Shown here: in pieces, positions 1 through 13,859 of the stretch
Layout of the letters: every line of letters starts with the position of its first letter
Position numbering within the stretch: position 1 is the first letter of the stretch
Assembly (NCBI GenBank): GCA_037379345.1
Contig: CM074513.1
Span: forward strand, 26,040,001-26,104,000
Length of the DNA: 64,000 bases
Reading direction: 5' to 3'
Source of the DNA: Perna viridis
Taxonomy: Eukaryota
Notes under the pieces: generated by a model
Told to the model about the DNA's origin: nothing
The model's input: the letters and a program-made list of their open reading frames with translations, nothing else
Databases searched by the model: none
Translations under genes and position numbers: made by a program

Positions 1-480
1 TAAAGATATACTGGAACAATATGTTTCTTGCCTCAAGGTATATAATACATTACATTTTTATGACCTAAAAAAAAACTATTGACTGTGTATATTGACATGA
101 TGGGGTATAAAGCTGACATCTGTATTAGAATATTAAACACATCATTAACCATGACATACTCATCAAATAGAACCAATCCCTAAATCAATGGACATTATTA
201 ACAATGATGAACTTAGTATTTGGTTGTACATCAAAACTACACTGAACATTAGCTGTGGCTTTATTCAACCATTGAAAAAAAAAACATTTGACCATATCAC
301 CAACATTGATAATGGTCCAAAATTTAGATACTGAAGATGTACCCTTGTATTAGTAATCTACCACAACAGGGTAGGTGTATGTTTGAAATGTTAATACACC
401 AGTAATTGAACAGAAAAAGAGACATTCAAACCAAACAAAAAAAAAACACATGAAAAGATCATAAAGGATGTAGGTCTCAC

Positions 481-1064
481 CTTGTCATATACATTGAGTA
501 ATAAGTGTCCAGAATAAATGTGACTTTATCCGAGACAGCACCTCGGAAGTCTTCCTGCATGGAATTCATTACATTTTCTGAGACCTCTTGTCCTTTTTGG
601 TTTTTACCACGAGCACTAACATTTTCTAGATAGTCAATTATTTTGGTTAAGTTGTCTTCAGACACTGAGAATGTATTGAAAGGGTCCTGTTCAGGATTAT
701 CTTTCCACAGAGTTGTGCTTACTCGGATAGGAAACATTGCCAGGGCATCAGTATCACTGACATAGGATGCTAGACTAGCAGATGTACTCGTTGATGCTAC
801 AGAAGGTGTGTCAGAGTTTCTTCTAGCATTAGAGATGTCAATTTCATAGTACAAGTAATTCAAATTTTCCAAGTTATCAGATCCAATTAAAAATTGTGCA
901 GTTGAATCACACAATTCCTGGTCGGCCATTTCTGATTTGTTTTCTATGTCTGCAGCAGCTTCTGTCAAGTCAAGGCTGTCATCCCCAACAGAGTTATCTA
1001 ATACTGTATCTAACAAATCTAAAGCCGTCAAGTTCCAAGACTGATCTGATATTGCTTCAGCCAT
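481..1064 (-). CDS. Putative alternative first coding exon of the SLK gene (kinase-less short isoform)
   Basis: Acidic 195-codon ORF. ATG is in good context (acaATGG) with an in-frame TAA 8 codons upstream. It ends ACA AG|gtgag, a phase-2 donor with the same phase and split Arg codon as SLK exon 5701-5834. It lies in the SLK intron, on the same strand. Confidence 0.6.
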
Positions 1065-3655
1065 TGTTTCAAATGTACCTTTCAGTTATTTTCTACATCC
1101 TTATTAGATAAAAATCTGAAATACGATGAAATTTCAAGATTGCCGGAGGACATGTAAACACTGCAATCAAGGAAAGTGCAATCCAATTGTATTTGTCAAA
1201 ATCAATCCCAGAATAATTCCGCTGGCCAGACCAATAAATGATCCAACAGAACTTTTAACTGTTCCGAATAAAAAATCAACTTTTTTCCAACTGATTATGT
1301 AATATGGAATGCTCTCTCAGAGATCTAACCTTCTCTGATCCTGTCTTTTATAGATTTTCTGGCAATTCAAGTAAAATTATATAATCAGTAATATCCATGG
1401 TAATTTTGTTTACAAAAAAGAATCACACTTCCGATCAAATGTTTATAGGACACTTCTCAGTTTCCACATTTACTATACATCAACATGAATAAATGAATAA
1501 CCAATCTTCTATCTATCATCAAAGCTCCAACGACACAAGACAATAGTTACGACATATCCAACCACAGTTTGACTATGAATACTCACAAGAAGAAATAAGA
1601 TAATTTACATAAAAGCCATCTAATATATTCCAATTATGAGAATATTCTAGGAGAACTATATTGGTGTAATACTTCTCTGTCCAATTTCGTCAAAAGCTAA
1701 TAAGTATTTCCTTGATATCATCATATAAAACTTCCTAAAATCAATATGTTCCAATTTATTAAAATCAACAACTACTTTATGTGATATCTCTGTCAATCAG
1801 AAAGACAAGTTTGGAGGCAAAATGCACGTGTATAAACTGCCATCTCTAATTCTTTTTAAAGCACACTATATTTCATGCTATGTCTGAATTCTATAATTAA
1901 ACTGGCATTGTCATATAACATCTAATTTTCACATGTATGTCAGTTTTATGAACAGTTCTATATAAGTACGGGAAATGACGAAGGTCAACTAGGTAAAGCC
2001 TAAGTCCAGATTAAACTTCAACAAGCTGAAGCTACATCTGTAAGAAGAATTCAGTGTAAGTCTACCTGCAGACTGAGCCAACAAATGCAGTGTATTATCC
2101 AAATGTCATTAACAAATGCAGACAATTACCAGTAATCCCTTTGAGAACCTATGCTAATCTATTACATGTACATATTGTCCCTCATCATCAATTATATCTA
2201 TATTACAAGAGAAATGTCAAAATACTCCCCTGCCAGCCAGATGTGAATTCGTTATCATTGTTGGTTCACAGAAGTACCATTAGAAATATGTACAGAAGCA
2301 AATCTACGTGATAATTTATTCGTTTTCGTCCTTCTCTTTGAAATTGGTCACCAATATGCATGCAATAAAACACGATTTGTTAGGAATGGGAAATATTCAA
2401 TTTCACTTGTTATCTATTTAACAAATTACTACCGGGTCTCATAAGCATTATTTTCTCCTTCTTTTACAATTAGTTTAAAAAAAAAAAAAAATTATTCCCA
2501 GTGGAAATCTTGAACACATACTTTTAAAACACTGTTTATCTGAGTAACTTAACGCATGGGAGACAGTCACAGCTGATTGTTTTTTAACAGTATCTAGACA
2601 TCTACAGAACACAGTAGACAAAAACATGATATGACCTGTCTATAGCTATCAGTCACAACCTAGATATCATTCCATAAAATGCCAAAATGCCAATGTTAAC
2701 ATCATAAGTCAGCTGCTTTCTTCCACCACAGGTATTGATTCTAACAAAACAAAACAATATATCCTGGCTTTACATCAGGAGTGGCATGGTACAACTAGAT
2801 ATCTATAGTCATTAAACTGCAGATCTTTGTCTACTCCTCCAGATTATCGATTTCAATTGCATTTAAGTGTGAAGGCTTTTATCTTTAAGTTAATTTTCTA
2901 TCACTTTTGGTAAATTATTTCATTACTTCCATACAAGATCATCCTGTGTTTCAGGCTACATGTTTCACTGATTGAAGAGACAATTCAGAATCATATTACA
3001 ATATGTAACTCCAGACTATAATTTTTGACAGTCCTACTTCCGTCAGTTCAGAATAAGAATTTCTCAATTAGTTTTTTTATCCTCCATCTTGAATGTATCT
3101 TAAGTTCTTTACAAGGGTTCAATTTCAATTGTGACAGAATTTCTATCCCACTGACAACTCAGAACTTGACATATTCCTAAAAGCCAACAACAAACTCTCG
3201 AGTACTGATAATCTAAAACTAGAGTTAAGTTGTGTAACAACTCCTGTGAAACTAAACTATCCTACTTCTACTACATGTAATTCATAGAATAAGGTTAATG
3301 ATAATCACTTCTAATAGTATACATGAAAGGTCATAAGAATCCAGTACTACCAATTTAGTTAACAAAGTATGACACCTGTATTGCTATCATTACACATTAA
3401 AACAGTGATCAGCACACATCTCTGATCCATACAATAAAATTTATCACAATAAATGTCAGTATTATAACATCCTACATAACCTACAACAGTCCTTGTCATC
3501 GCCCAGGCAATAATAATTACTATAGATATCCCCATTACACAATGGTATGGTCACATGATACACCTGGTACCACGTCCACTGGTGTCAACTAACTGGTTAA
3601 ACATGTACGTAACATGTACTATTCAGTTATATAACAATATGAACTCTTCATTCTT

Positions 3656-3746
3656 TCGTTTTTGATCAATTTCCTGTGAAGACAGCCCATTGAAGACTGC
3701 AGCACGGACCATGTCTTCACTGGGAAAGCCAACTAATCAAAAACGA
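3656..3746. repeat. Short imperfect hairpin / palindromic element
   Basis: TCGTTTTTGAT pairs with ATCAAAAACGA, and GTGAAGACA pairs with TGTCTTCAC. Confidence 0.5.
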
Positions 3747-5700
3747 GGATAAAAAAGTTATCAAAAAATAGAACATTGTAGTACCATATTTCAGAAAAAT
3801 AAATCTTCCAAAACTTTTGAACCACATCATTGCGTCTCTATTTTATTATTCTTAGCAATTACACATGCAATAATTGTTCTTACTGAGAATTTAATTTATT
3901 TAAAGGTATTTACTCTTAACTAACATGACACACATTTTCGAACGGACACACTAATTTGCTACATTTTTCAACATCATTCATTCATATAGTTGAAGTAATT
4001 TTAAACGAAAGAAAAAGGTTCTTGTACTGGTGAATAGTGAAGATCTGGGATATCTTCCACAAGTGAGAGAAATTCTGTCTTTTCCAGTTGTCAGTTGTTT
4101 TTTTTTTTTTAATAACGAAGTAAAAGCATCTTAAGAATTTCTTAACATTTTCATAAGGGATTCAAATTAGTCCGAGGTCAGGGACTCTAAATTTTTTTTA
4201 TCCAGGACGTTGGAAATATCATTTACCTACATGTATAGGTCCTGGACCTATAATATTTTTGTTAACTTTTATTTAGAACCTTTAACTTTCTTCCAGAGGA
4301 AATTTCATTATGATGCAAAAAAAGTCCAGGGCCATTTGATCTTGCAAGTTAATTTTAATCCATGGAACTACCAAAAATAGGACTTGAAATGAGAAAATGT
4401 GTCTAACAAACAAATATCAGTGAAAATATGAAAGACTTAACAATGGAACTTTTATTTTTGTAACATAATTAATTTTTCACAAGAAAGCTTTTTTTCTCAT
4501 GGGAATTTTTAGAATGGTCAGTAAGAAATGACATTGCACATTTCCAATTTAAGTTAATATTAGAGAATACATGTAACTGTATTGTCCAAAAATCACCACA
4601 ACAGTAGAAGTGTCAGTAGAAAGATGCTCAGTAGTCATCATATCTAACATTTATGGTGAAGGACCAATCATCTCCTCAGATAAACTTGTCAGAACAAACC
4701 ATGGAACACCCAGACCACATCCTATAATTTTTATTATGACCAAGCATTATGTTTTTCTTGGTATAAAGTATGTGTTTATTACAGACTTCATCAATGTGTG
4801 GAAGTAAAATCCTGTAGTAAATTGTGCATATAATTGTAGTTCGGTAACATTTAATAATGTTAAAAAAGAACCCAGATTCTTTTTTTTTTAAATTGTGATG
4901 TTACGTTTCAACAAAAAATAAAATGTTTTGCAGGACACAGCCTGATATGATCACAGAGGTCAAACTCTGAACAAGTATGACAAGTATGGTTAAAAAGATT
5001 CCAACTTGATCCAGCTCTGAATTGGGATTGTGATTTAAAGCTAAGACACAGCATATGATTCTGACAAAAATCAAAGTGTTCAAGGAACACCATATTAGAC
5101 ATAAATATAAGCAATTTATACATACAACAGTTACTGCAAAAAATACTCTAGCCCCTATTTGGCCATTAATTCCCAAAAGGTACATGTAAGTAAATTTTGT
5201 ATGTAAATTCATCAAAACCATCCTTTTGTGGCATGAAACCAAGTAATACAGTTTCATGGAATACCATGCACTTTTACTAAAGTTAATGTCCACAAACCAG
5301 GATAATGACTTTTGGCCCCTTAAGGCCACTATTTTTTAATGTTTATGACAACTCCCTCAAAAACCATTCCAGTTTCAGTCTGACTTAATCAGTGTCTATT
5401 TCCCCTTTTCATCCACACCTTATTTAGTAATAAATCAAGTACCTTCTGGACCATCATTTCTAATTTTCATTCCCAACCTGTCCATTACAAATCCAAGTAT
5501 TCACTTCAGATTATAACCCACCTTTTCATTCCCTGTATCTCTCTAATTTTCCAGTTAAAAACCGAAAGAAGTTCAGCAGGTAATGGTCATTTAATCAAAA
5601 GAAGACCATACCCTACAGTTAACAGTTTTGCCAACTATTAGTTAAAACCTCCCCCTACCAGATCACATTCTGTATTAACATGCTCCAGAAGTTGACTTAC

Positions 5701-5834
5701 CTGTTGTCATAGTCCACCCTAATCTTATTCTCATCTCCTGCCTGGACCACTCTCTGTGTTGTACTGGTGACCACCACACCATCTTTCATGTATCTCCTGG
5801 TCTTTGTCAGGGTTCTGTACTGGGATTTACTTTC
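5701..5834 (-). CDS. SLK: SLK exon at the start of the C-terminal coiled-coil region (ESKSQYRTLTKTRRYMKDGVVVTSTTQRVV...)
   Basis: ttaacag|GAA ... AAC AG|gtaagt. The translation resembles the conserved SLK/STK10 TLKKTRKFxVDGVEVSVTTSKI motif. The gene continues beyond the window start. Confidence 0.85.
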
Positions 5835-7680
5835 CTGTTAAGTACACAATGTCCACAGTTAACATCTCAATCAAAGGTAACTTAATTTCATTACATTAAT
5901 GACTAATCTCATTTATAAAATAAAGAGAATACCTGCAATATACAACAAAGTATCATATCTGAAATAACTAATAAACATCCATTCTGTTAAGTATTGTGAG
6001 ATAAATCTGCTGCCATACTATGTACATATTTTTAGAATAAGTTTCAAGAGGTTACAGTATGTATATATTTACCAAACAAATTAAGATGATATAAACAAAT
6101 AATCAGGAATAAGACATGACACTTATGTATGAGGGTAAATGCAGCACTTCAGAACTGTCCAGATCTAATTTACCTCCCCTAGCTTAAAGGAATTAGTAAT
6201 TGGGAAAGACACTTAACTCTTGAAGGTGTGTTGTACTCCTCTTTAAACTTCATCCTTCGATTAATGATTAAATCAATATATGGATATTTCTTTTGTGAGA
6301 GTTTCTTATACATGTGTTGCGGCCACTTAAAACAATGATTAATTTTTTTTACAAGAATGACAATTAAACTAATATGTTGTAAGAATAAATCCTAAGCAAT
6401 GAGAACTTACATGTAGCACTTGTTATCCCCTAATAATAATTAACAGAAACCCCATAACTACACATTTTCACATACATAATGAAAGGCTATGATAATCTGA
6501 TTCATTTTATAAGTTCATTGCATGCAGATTTCTGATCAATCAAGAAAGTAGAATTACCAAAGTCCAAGGTTAATGATACATGTATACAGTTAGTCCCGAC
6601 TATTTTCAGTCATTAGAAATAATGTGAATAAGATTTTTTATCAAATGTATCCCTGTTACAGATAGTTGGACTTTTAAGAAGACTTTCACACTTGTGCACT
6701 TACCACTATGGTTATGAATATTTTGTTAATTTCATCATCAATATTGCACAGAACTTGACACGAGGAGCAATATATAGATAGATTGTTATGAAATAAATAT
6801 CTATTTTGTGATTAGTGTTGACAGAAGGGTTAAATACCATAATCAGGTGTGAACTTATGTTAAAGTTCCATCATACCCAGTATGACTCTTTAATCTAAAA
6901 TCTAATTGGCTTAGCACCTAATGGATTGTATACTGCACTATAGATGTGTAAGTGTGTATTTAATTCCAGTATGTTATTTCAACATTACCTCCCACATCAT
7001 AAACTTACTTATTGTCATAAAACCTATTTATTACAAGATGGATTTTTTTCCTACACTCAATAGCATTCAGAATTTTCAATACATGTTGAAACCAATTTGA
7101 TCAAGCTCAAAATTTGACTGTCGAATTTTGAACAAAAAAGCGGGATTATTTTTCAATATCACAAGACTTAACACTTCATTCTTGCCCAAAAATTTATAGA
7201 CCTCAACTAATAACAGAAAATAAATGCAATAATTTTCAAATTGGCAAATACAATAATAGAAGTTCAGAAAGTCATTATTATTACAAGGCTGTCACTATCG
7301 AACCTAAGAAAACTAAAGAATCCTGACATAGCTCAAAAAAAGCAAACAGTAATAACAAAAATCTGTGATCACATCAGCTTCATTTAATAAACATTATCCA
7401 TGTAAGAAATAATTTCTGATCTGACCAGCTTCCAACAAAGCTGAGAAAAAATGACATTCTACAATAACTTTCTGGCAACACTTATGGATGTCAGAGCACT
7501 TTTTATCTCACTGTATGCTGCACCGACTGCAGGTGGTTGTATAACATGTAATGGCGCAGCAGTTTTGAACACCTGTATTCAATAAGAGATGTGTTGTATT
7601 ATCTACTAGACTAATTAAACAATGAAACATGTTTAGGTAGTAATTATAAACATCCTGTCCCTTGAAGAAAAGAGAGATAC

Positions 7681-7701
7681 CTGAAACTTTGTTTTCCCTA
7701 G
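7681..7701 (-). CDS. SLK: Candidate 21-nt SLK microexon (LGKTKFQ)
   Basis: ttttgacag|CTAGGGAAAACAAAGTTTCAG|gtatct; phase 0-0, frame-preserving. Confidence 0.4.
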
Positions 7702-7894
7702 CTGTCAAAATTAATTACTTTCTTCAAAATACAGGTAGACTACATTACTTTACATGTAACAGTAGTGTACTGCTAACTTTCGCTTATCAGTAAAATATAC
7801 AAATCATTATTTCAGAATAAGGGCATATCAAATGAAACTTCTTATTTTACTACATTCAAATGAATGCTTGTTTTCGCAACGAATAAGAGCAAGA

Positions 7895-8717
7895 AACAAG
7901 AGGCTCCCAAGAGCATGAATTGCTCACCTGGTTAAATTTTGCCTTTCAAGGGCAATAATTTAAACAAGAAGTAGTCCAACAATTTTGACTCAAGAAAACT
8001 TTGATAGAACTTATCATAAGGATCATTTCAGTAAATGAAAGTCTAAATCTATCATAGTTTTCAAGACATTGGCTGAAAACTGTAAAAAAAAAAAAAAAAA
8101 ACCTGTCATTTCCCCCTGTCAAGGGCAATAACTCTTATAAGAAGGCGTCTGACAAATTTTATGCCTAAAAACTTTTGTAGTCCTAAAAATAAGGATCATT
8201 TCAGCTATTGAAAGAATTTATGCAAAATATATGCAAAAAACTATTGTCTCACCCCTATGTTCTATTTTTAGTAACGGTGGCCATGTTTTTGACGGATCAA
8301 AAATCCTCACATCAGCTCTATGCAGAACACACCAAGGAACATTCATACCAAGTTTAGTTCCAATTGGTCAAGTAGTGTCAGAGGAGAAGATTTTTGAAAG
8401 AAATAACATAAAAAATAGCAAAAAAAAACGTTGAAAAAGGGCAATAACTCCAACATGGCTTAACAGATTAAAATGAAATTTGACCACAGTGAAAAACTAC
8501 TGTCCGACCCCTATGTTCTATTTTTGATAACAGTGGCCATGTTTTTTGACGGATCAAAAACAGTTCTGTGCAGGATACCCCAAGAAACATTCATACCAAG
8601 TTTGGTTCCAATTGGTCAAGCAGTTTCTGAGGAGAAGAGTTTTGAAAAATTGTTAACGATGACGGACGCCAAGTGATGGAAATAGCTCACATGACCTTTG
8701 GCTAGGTGAGCTAAAAA
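7895..8717 (+). mobile_element. Non-autonomous Helentron/HINE-like (pearl-type) bivalve repeat with internal direct repeats
   Basis: Begins AACAAGAGG. Recurrent AAGGGCAATAA(C/T)T, and two copies of a CCCTATGTTCTATTTTT...GGCCATGTTTTT...CATACCAAGTTT...GAGGAGAAGA unit. Short GACG microsatellite, then a terminal hairpin (GCTCAC...GTGAGC) followed by an A-run. Confidence 0.65.
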
Positions 8718-10031
8718 GATGATCAATGTTATGGTCTGTATGTGACTTTCACTCCTATTTTAATACTATTTGTACATACAAAAATTTTGAAGAAACATAA
8801 GTTTTTGAATAAAAAATGTACTGAAAGTTTTTTTATATTCATTTCTCAATTGTTGCCTGTTTTGAAACAATGATTTTTTCTTTGGTGGCTTTGGAAAGTC
8901 TAGGTATGGTAACAAAAAACTGTCAATGAAATGCCTATCATTGACCTGTGTAAGTGTTGAAGTGTGGAATAAACAAATATCTCTTGTTATGCTACAATTG
9001 TTGATACAAATGTCCCATTTTCCCATTTTGAGCTAAAAGTATGGCTTAACAGGTCAATATTGTCATCCGAACATTTATTGTTTCTACATGGTCAACACAG
9101 ATGGTTATTTACCAATTTATTTATGACTTCAAGCAACAATTGGTCAATATGTTTACAGAAAGACAGAAAGGGGCAAAATATATAAAAAATTGTTGTAAAA
9201 ACATTTTTTCCACATGTTGATCAAATTGGCCCTTCTAAGACCCATTGTTTTTTCAGAGATTCTTGACTTGATGATATGTCTAGTCTGATTTCATCATAAT
9301 ACAACGACCGGTAGCTCCACTAACTACACAAACTGACAAAGCCCTATGCCATCTTAAACTATTTTTTAGCATCGATGATACAAATCAATACACAAATGTC
9401 TGTGATATGTATGGCTATGCAAATCCCAGGAAATGCTCTACCAATTAACCTGCTATCATTTACCAAATAAAGGATTAAAAATGATTGTGGACAGGAAATT
9501 ACTCTTAATGCAGCGATAAAGTTAGACCTGACAGGGGATTGTAAATCACAAACATGACAGCATGGTCTTAAATGATGCCCACCTTCCCATCAAGTCTCAT
9601 CAAAATACCTTGAGGAGTTGTGCTTACAAGAATAATAGACAGGTGAACAGACAGACAGACACAGAAGGGGTGATTCCTATATACCCCATCAAACTTGGTA
9701 TCAAAATTTATACTTGAAATGAAAATGTATGCTGTAGAAGTTAATCCAATAGATAGAATTAGAATAATTTTTTTTTCTATTTAAAATGATAGAATAGTGC
9801 ACACGTCAGTAGCAGAAAGATATCATATCCATGACTTGATTGACAGCATTTTCTGCTGATTAAAATTTATTAGATTTAAACTTTATGAGACAACCCATTG
9901 TTTATTGCTACTTTATACTACTGGAAAAGTATCCCACATAATAACTTAATTCTACAATAGGTTAAATGCTAGGTTGTGCCCTAATGTTGAAATTTTAGTC
10001 ACATTTAATACATGTTTATCAACATCTCCGT

Positions 10032-10243
10032 TACATGTATATAGGCAGCGTGTGACATTGTCAACATATTTTTTTTTTTGCAACACAACTATCACTGATT
10101 GGTATTTACTATACTAAATGGTTACTAGTTCTACTGCAGTATACATGTATAAAGGCAGCATGTGACATTGTCAACATACATTTTTTGCAACACAATCATC
10201 ACTGATTGGTATTTACAAATGTACTATACTAAAAGGTTACTAG
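10032..10243. repeat. Two-copy tandem duplication, period about 110 bp
   Basis: TACATGTATA.AGGCAGC.TGTGACATTGTCAACATA...ATCACTGATTGGTATTTAC...GGTTACTAG starts at 10032 and again at 10142. Confidence 0.85.
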
Positions 10244-12146
10244 ACCAGAAACCTAATATGTTACTAACAGAAGAGGGTTGTACCATTGCTTAGAAAAAGG
10301 AGTAAAAAAATCTAAATATCAATGCATATACAAGCGTTTTATAATGCCTAATGCAAAATGTACCTATTACAAATGGTAAATACAAGTAGCAACTGTCTGA
10401 ACTGGTACCTCAACATACTGAACTCAGTAAGAGTAATCTTTTAAATTCAATGGATACTTAAAAACTGTATGCTTGTATGCATATGAAATATACAAGCATT
10501 GTGATCAATAACCATGTCATTCATAATGACTACATGTACCAGTTACATGTATTTATGGTAATAAACAAATACAACTTCTTGACATTTTACTTCCTCCTTG
10601 CCTGAAGCAATACACTACAAATATTTTGATTACTACAACAAATCCTCAAATTTTATTTACTATAACAGTTGAACATCAGTTTACCAGAGTATATAATCAT
10701 AATATAATCATTTCTAGTTTAGTTCAATTTCTTGAGTACTACACATCACATGTGTTGATAACTAAAACAATCAATGATATACTCATCTAAATATTTCAAA
10801 CTAGAAGTATCAGATAGATGTTATTTTAAAAACAAATACTATCTTTAAAAAAAGATAACCAACGCAGTAAAATTTGTTCTCTTTACACATAATTTTCATC
10901 AGGAAATAACGCATGGCACGCAATTTCAATTTCCTTTTTCAAACCCCACTATGTTATCAATATTTGGCCAATCTGGAAACAGAATTTTGATCAGGTGACT
11001 TGTGTTTCCATGGGAGAGCGTCTTTAAGGTCAAAGGCTAGAAAGGGAAACTATACCGACTGCATCAGAATGAAAAGGTAATGCATGGTAAAAATTAATAC
11101 CAGCAATTTAGAAATGAACAGTATATTATTTCTGCTGACTAAGGAAAGGGAGTTAATACACATTAACATGGAGTTCATTTTCTGTCAAAATCAAAATATC
11201 TTCCTTCAATGATTTTAGCAGTCAAGGGACTCCAGACAGCTCTAAATATTACCAGTAAATCATTAATAAAACATATCTAAACAACAGTTTATCTACATAA
11301 TGCATATCACAAAAAAAAAGATTCCCTTCCATAAAAATTTAAACACTTATCATAAATACATGTATATAAGAATAGGGAAAGAGACAGGACTATACAACTA
11401 AAATCAAACAACTATAAAGATGAACTACCAAAATACACTATAAAGTAAACTTACTTTTCTTTGCAAGAATAAAGTAGAAAAATAAAAGGAACCAAAGACA
11501 ATTTACAACACAAACTTTGGAAGAGACTGCATTTAAATATGTTGCAAACATGAAAACATGACTCTGTGTCAATCAAAAATACAATCAGGAAACCCCTAAA
11601 ATAAGTTTTGGAAATGTGTACTTATCTGGTTAATAGTGGGTACATGTAAGTCTAAAGAGTTCACCATTTATGAGATTCTGATTGATTGTACATATTCACT
11701 GATAGCCATTCAAAATAGAACAGGTAAATGGCTATGAATAGCTGACAATATCTGCATGGAATGTATTATCCAAACCCCCCTTTTTTCAGTATTAATTATA
11801 ATTGGTACATGTACATGTAATAAGAGTATGAGTACAATGTAGAATGTTACAAAATAATTGTTTCAATAGACATGTCTGAAATTAACATTAATTTGTGAGG
11901 AAGTTTTAATTCTTATAGATTAATTAAAACTTTTCTCTTTATTTTGATAATAATCAATAATTCAAATAAACATTACCTGTTTAACGTATTAACAACTTCG
12001 TTCTTACCATCCTGAACATCTTAGTGAATATTTGTAATATTACCCAAGTCTTCTATTGAAACAATTATTTGTTAACTAAAGGACAAAGGGACAGTGCAAG
12101 AAGATGTTAAGAATACACAGATTAACTGAGGGACATCTATACTTAC

Positions 12147-12155
12147 TTTTCTAGC
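12147..12155 (-). CDS. SLK: Candidate 9-nt SLK microexon (ARK)
   Basis: gtactaatttttcag|GCTAGAAAA|gtaagt; branch-point-like TACTAAT, consensus donor, phase 0-0. Confidence 0.45.
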
Positions 12156-13859
12156 CTGAAAAATTAGTACAATATCTATAGATTAGAAGTCACATCACAT
12201 ATATAATGACACGAGAATGGAAGGTTTATTATGATGATTGAGTACAGGCTTGTATCCTTTTTTAAATTAAATGTACATGTATGATCATTCAAATATAATC
12301 ATTGGATTCTCATCTCTACCCAGCCATTACAAATTGCTGTCCCTAATTGAAAATTTATTAAATATATCAATAAATGATTTTGGAAGCCATTAATATCCTA
12401 TCCACACGTACATGTATGTAACTTAATAAGTTTTCTACTTCAGATTTATTTTCAGTTAAAAGAGAAAGATACTTTCATAACTCAGTGACATTTTCTGTAA
12501 AAAATTAACCCAGAAAAAAAAGAAGATCAGTTCTCAAGACCAAGAGGACCTTAGCAAGTAATGATATCAAAACAAAAAATGCCATTGTGAATTTAAGTAC
12601 AGGAAACTATCATATGAAATCATCCCATCCTGCCTGATACTGTTTCAAGAGGTAGATGAGAATCTATAAGTACACCTAACTATTAAATAAAATCCAAATT
12701 TTTAAAAAATTCTGAAATGCTCGTTAAAATCTAAACTTATACTAACAATAGAAATAAATCATACATCATTTTGTTAACGATAATGATTTAGTATCATGTA
12801 TTTATCAAATAAACATATGATGCTCTTAATAAACCTTCCATATGCCATTACAGTAAAGTTTAAGTCCGTGCAAAATTACAAAACACTACATCATTGCTTT
12901 ATGAAATTAAAGAAGTTAAGAAAGTCTACTGTAAATATTTCATCAATCAAGAAATTTTAAGACCAGAAATACATGTAGGAGTGACTCTAAGTATTATCCA
13001 TAACACATCCTAAGGGTATCCCATACCAGAAGGCATTATTTCATTGTTAAAGTCTAGTTTCATAAGTAAAGCATGTAAACACAAAATGAGGTTTCCATAT
13101 TATCTTAACACTCCCCAAGAATTCAGTAATTGAACAGTGCATGTTTTTTGGAACTTAAGTAAGTGAACTTTTCATTCATTAACCTGTCACAACTCATAGA
13201 AATTATGATGATGTTTGGGAAATATAGTGGTGTTTCCTTGATTATTTTTTTCTACATACTTGTAACTAGCCATAAATCATTATAAGATTCCTGAAACACA
13301 GTGATACATTAGGCCTAATAGTTGAGTTCTAGAATTTACAAAGAAAAAGTGTTTTTACTCACTAAAAATAAGTATAGACAAAAGACCTCACGTAGAGATA
13401 TTTTATGAAACCTACCCCTTATCACAAGAACATGCATGCTATGATATGCATCTATGTAACTAGTACTAGGTGCTTTCATATTGCTATATATTCAGTTCAG
13501 ATGAAGCTGTCTTAATTGAAAGCCAATGCCACAAATCATTTAATTCAGAAAAGCAAAAACTTAATACCAAAAAGATTTTTTTAAACAAATGCTCAAGCAT
13601 ACTGAAAATGCATTATATTTGCAGGTACTTATTTTTGTGACAAAATGAGCCTGAAGGTAATTATCTTCTTCTTGTTTCGAAGTTTTGTCCTCCAACTCAT
13701 GTGGAAAGTTTATATGTGCCATAAAAAAAGAAAAAAAATTAAGTACACTGCAAAATTAGTACATATACAGTAGTTTTCAAACTCTAATTTGAAAGCATGA
13801 ATCCCAGCCAGGTAAAAGAGCATTAAAGATATCATTAGTTCACAATCTAATTTACTTAC

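Noticed and set aside
4901-5329. 142-aa hydrophobic ORF in the SLK intron
   Set aside because: Non-ATG start, composition typical of AT-rich non-coding DNA, no recognisable motif or convincing splice sites.
8231-8676. Two similar 67-aa ORFs
   Set aside because: Translations of the internal direct repeats of a non-autonomous element, not a gene pair.
13710-13859. Hydrophobic C-terminal tail of ORF 13710..14612 as a membrane anchor
   Set aside because: It lies past a consensus donor (AGT|gtaagt at 13860), so it is intron read-through.
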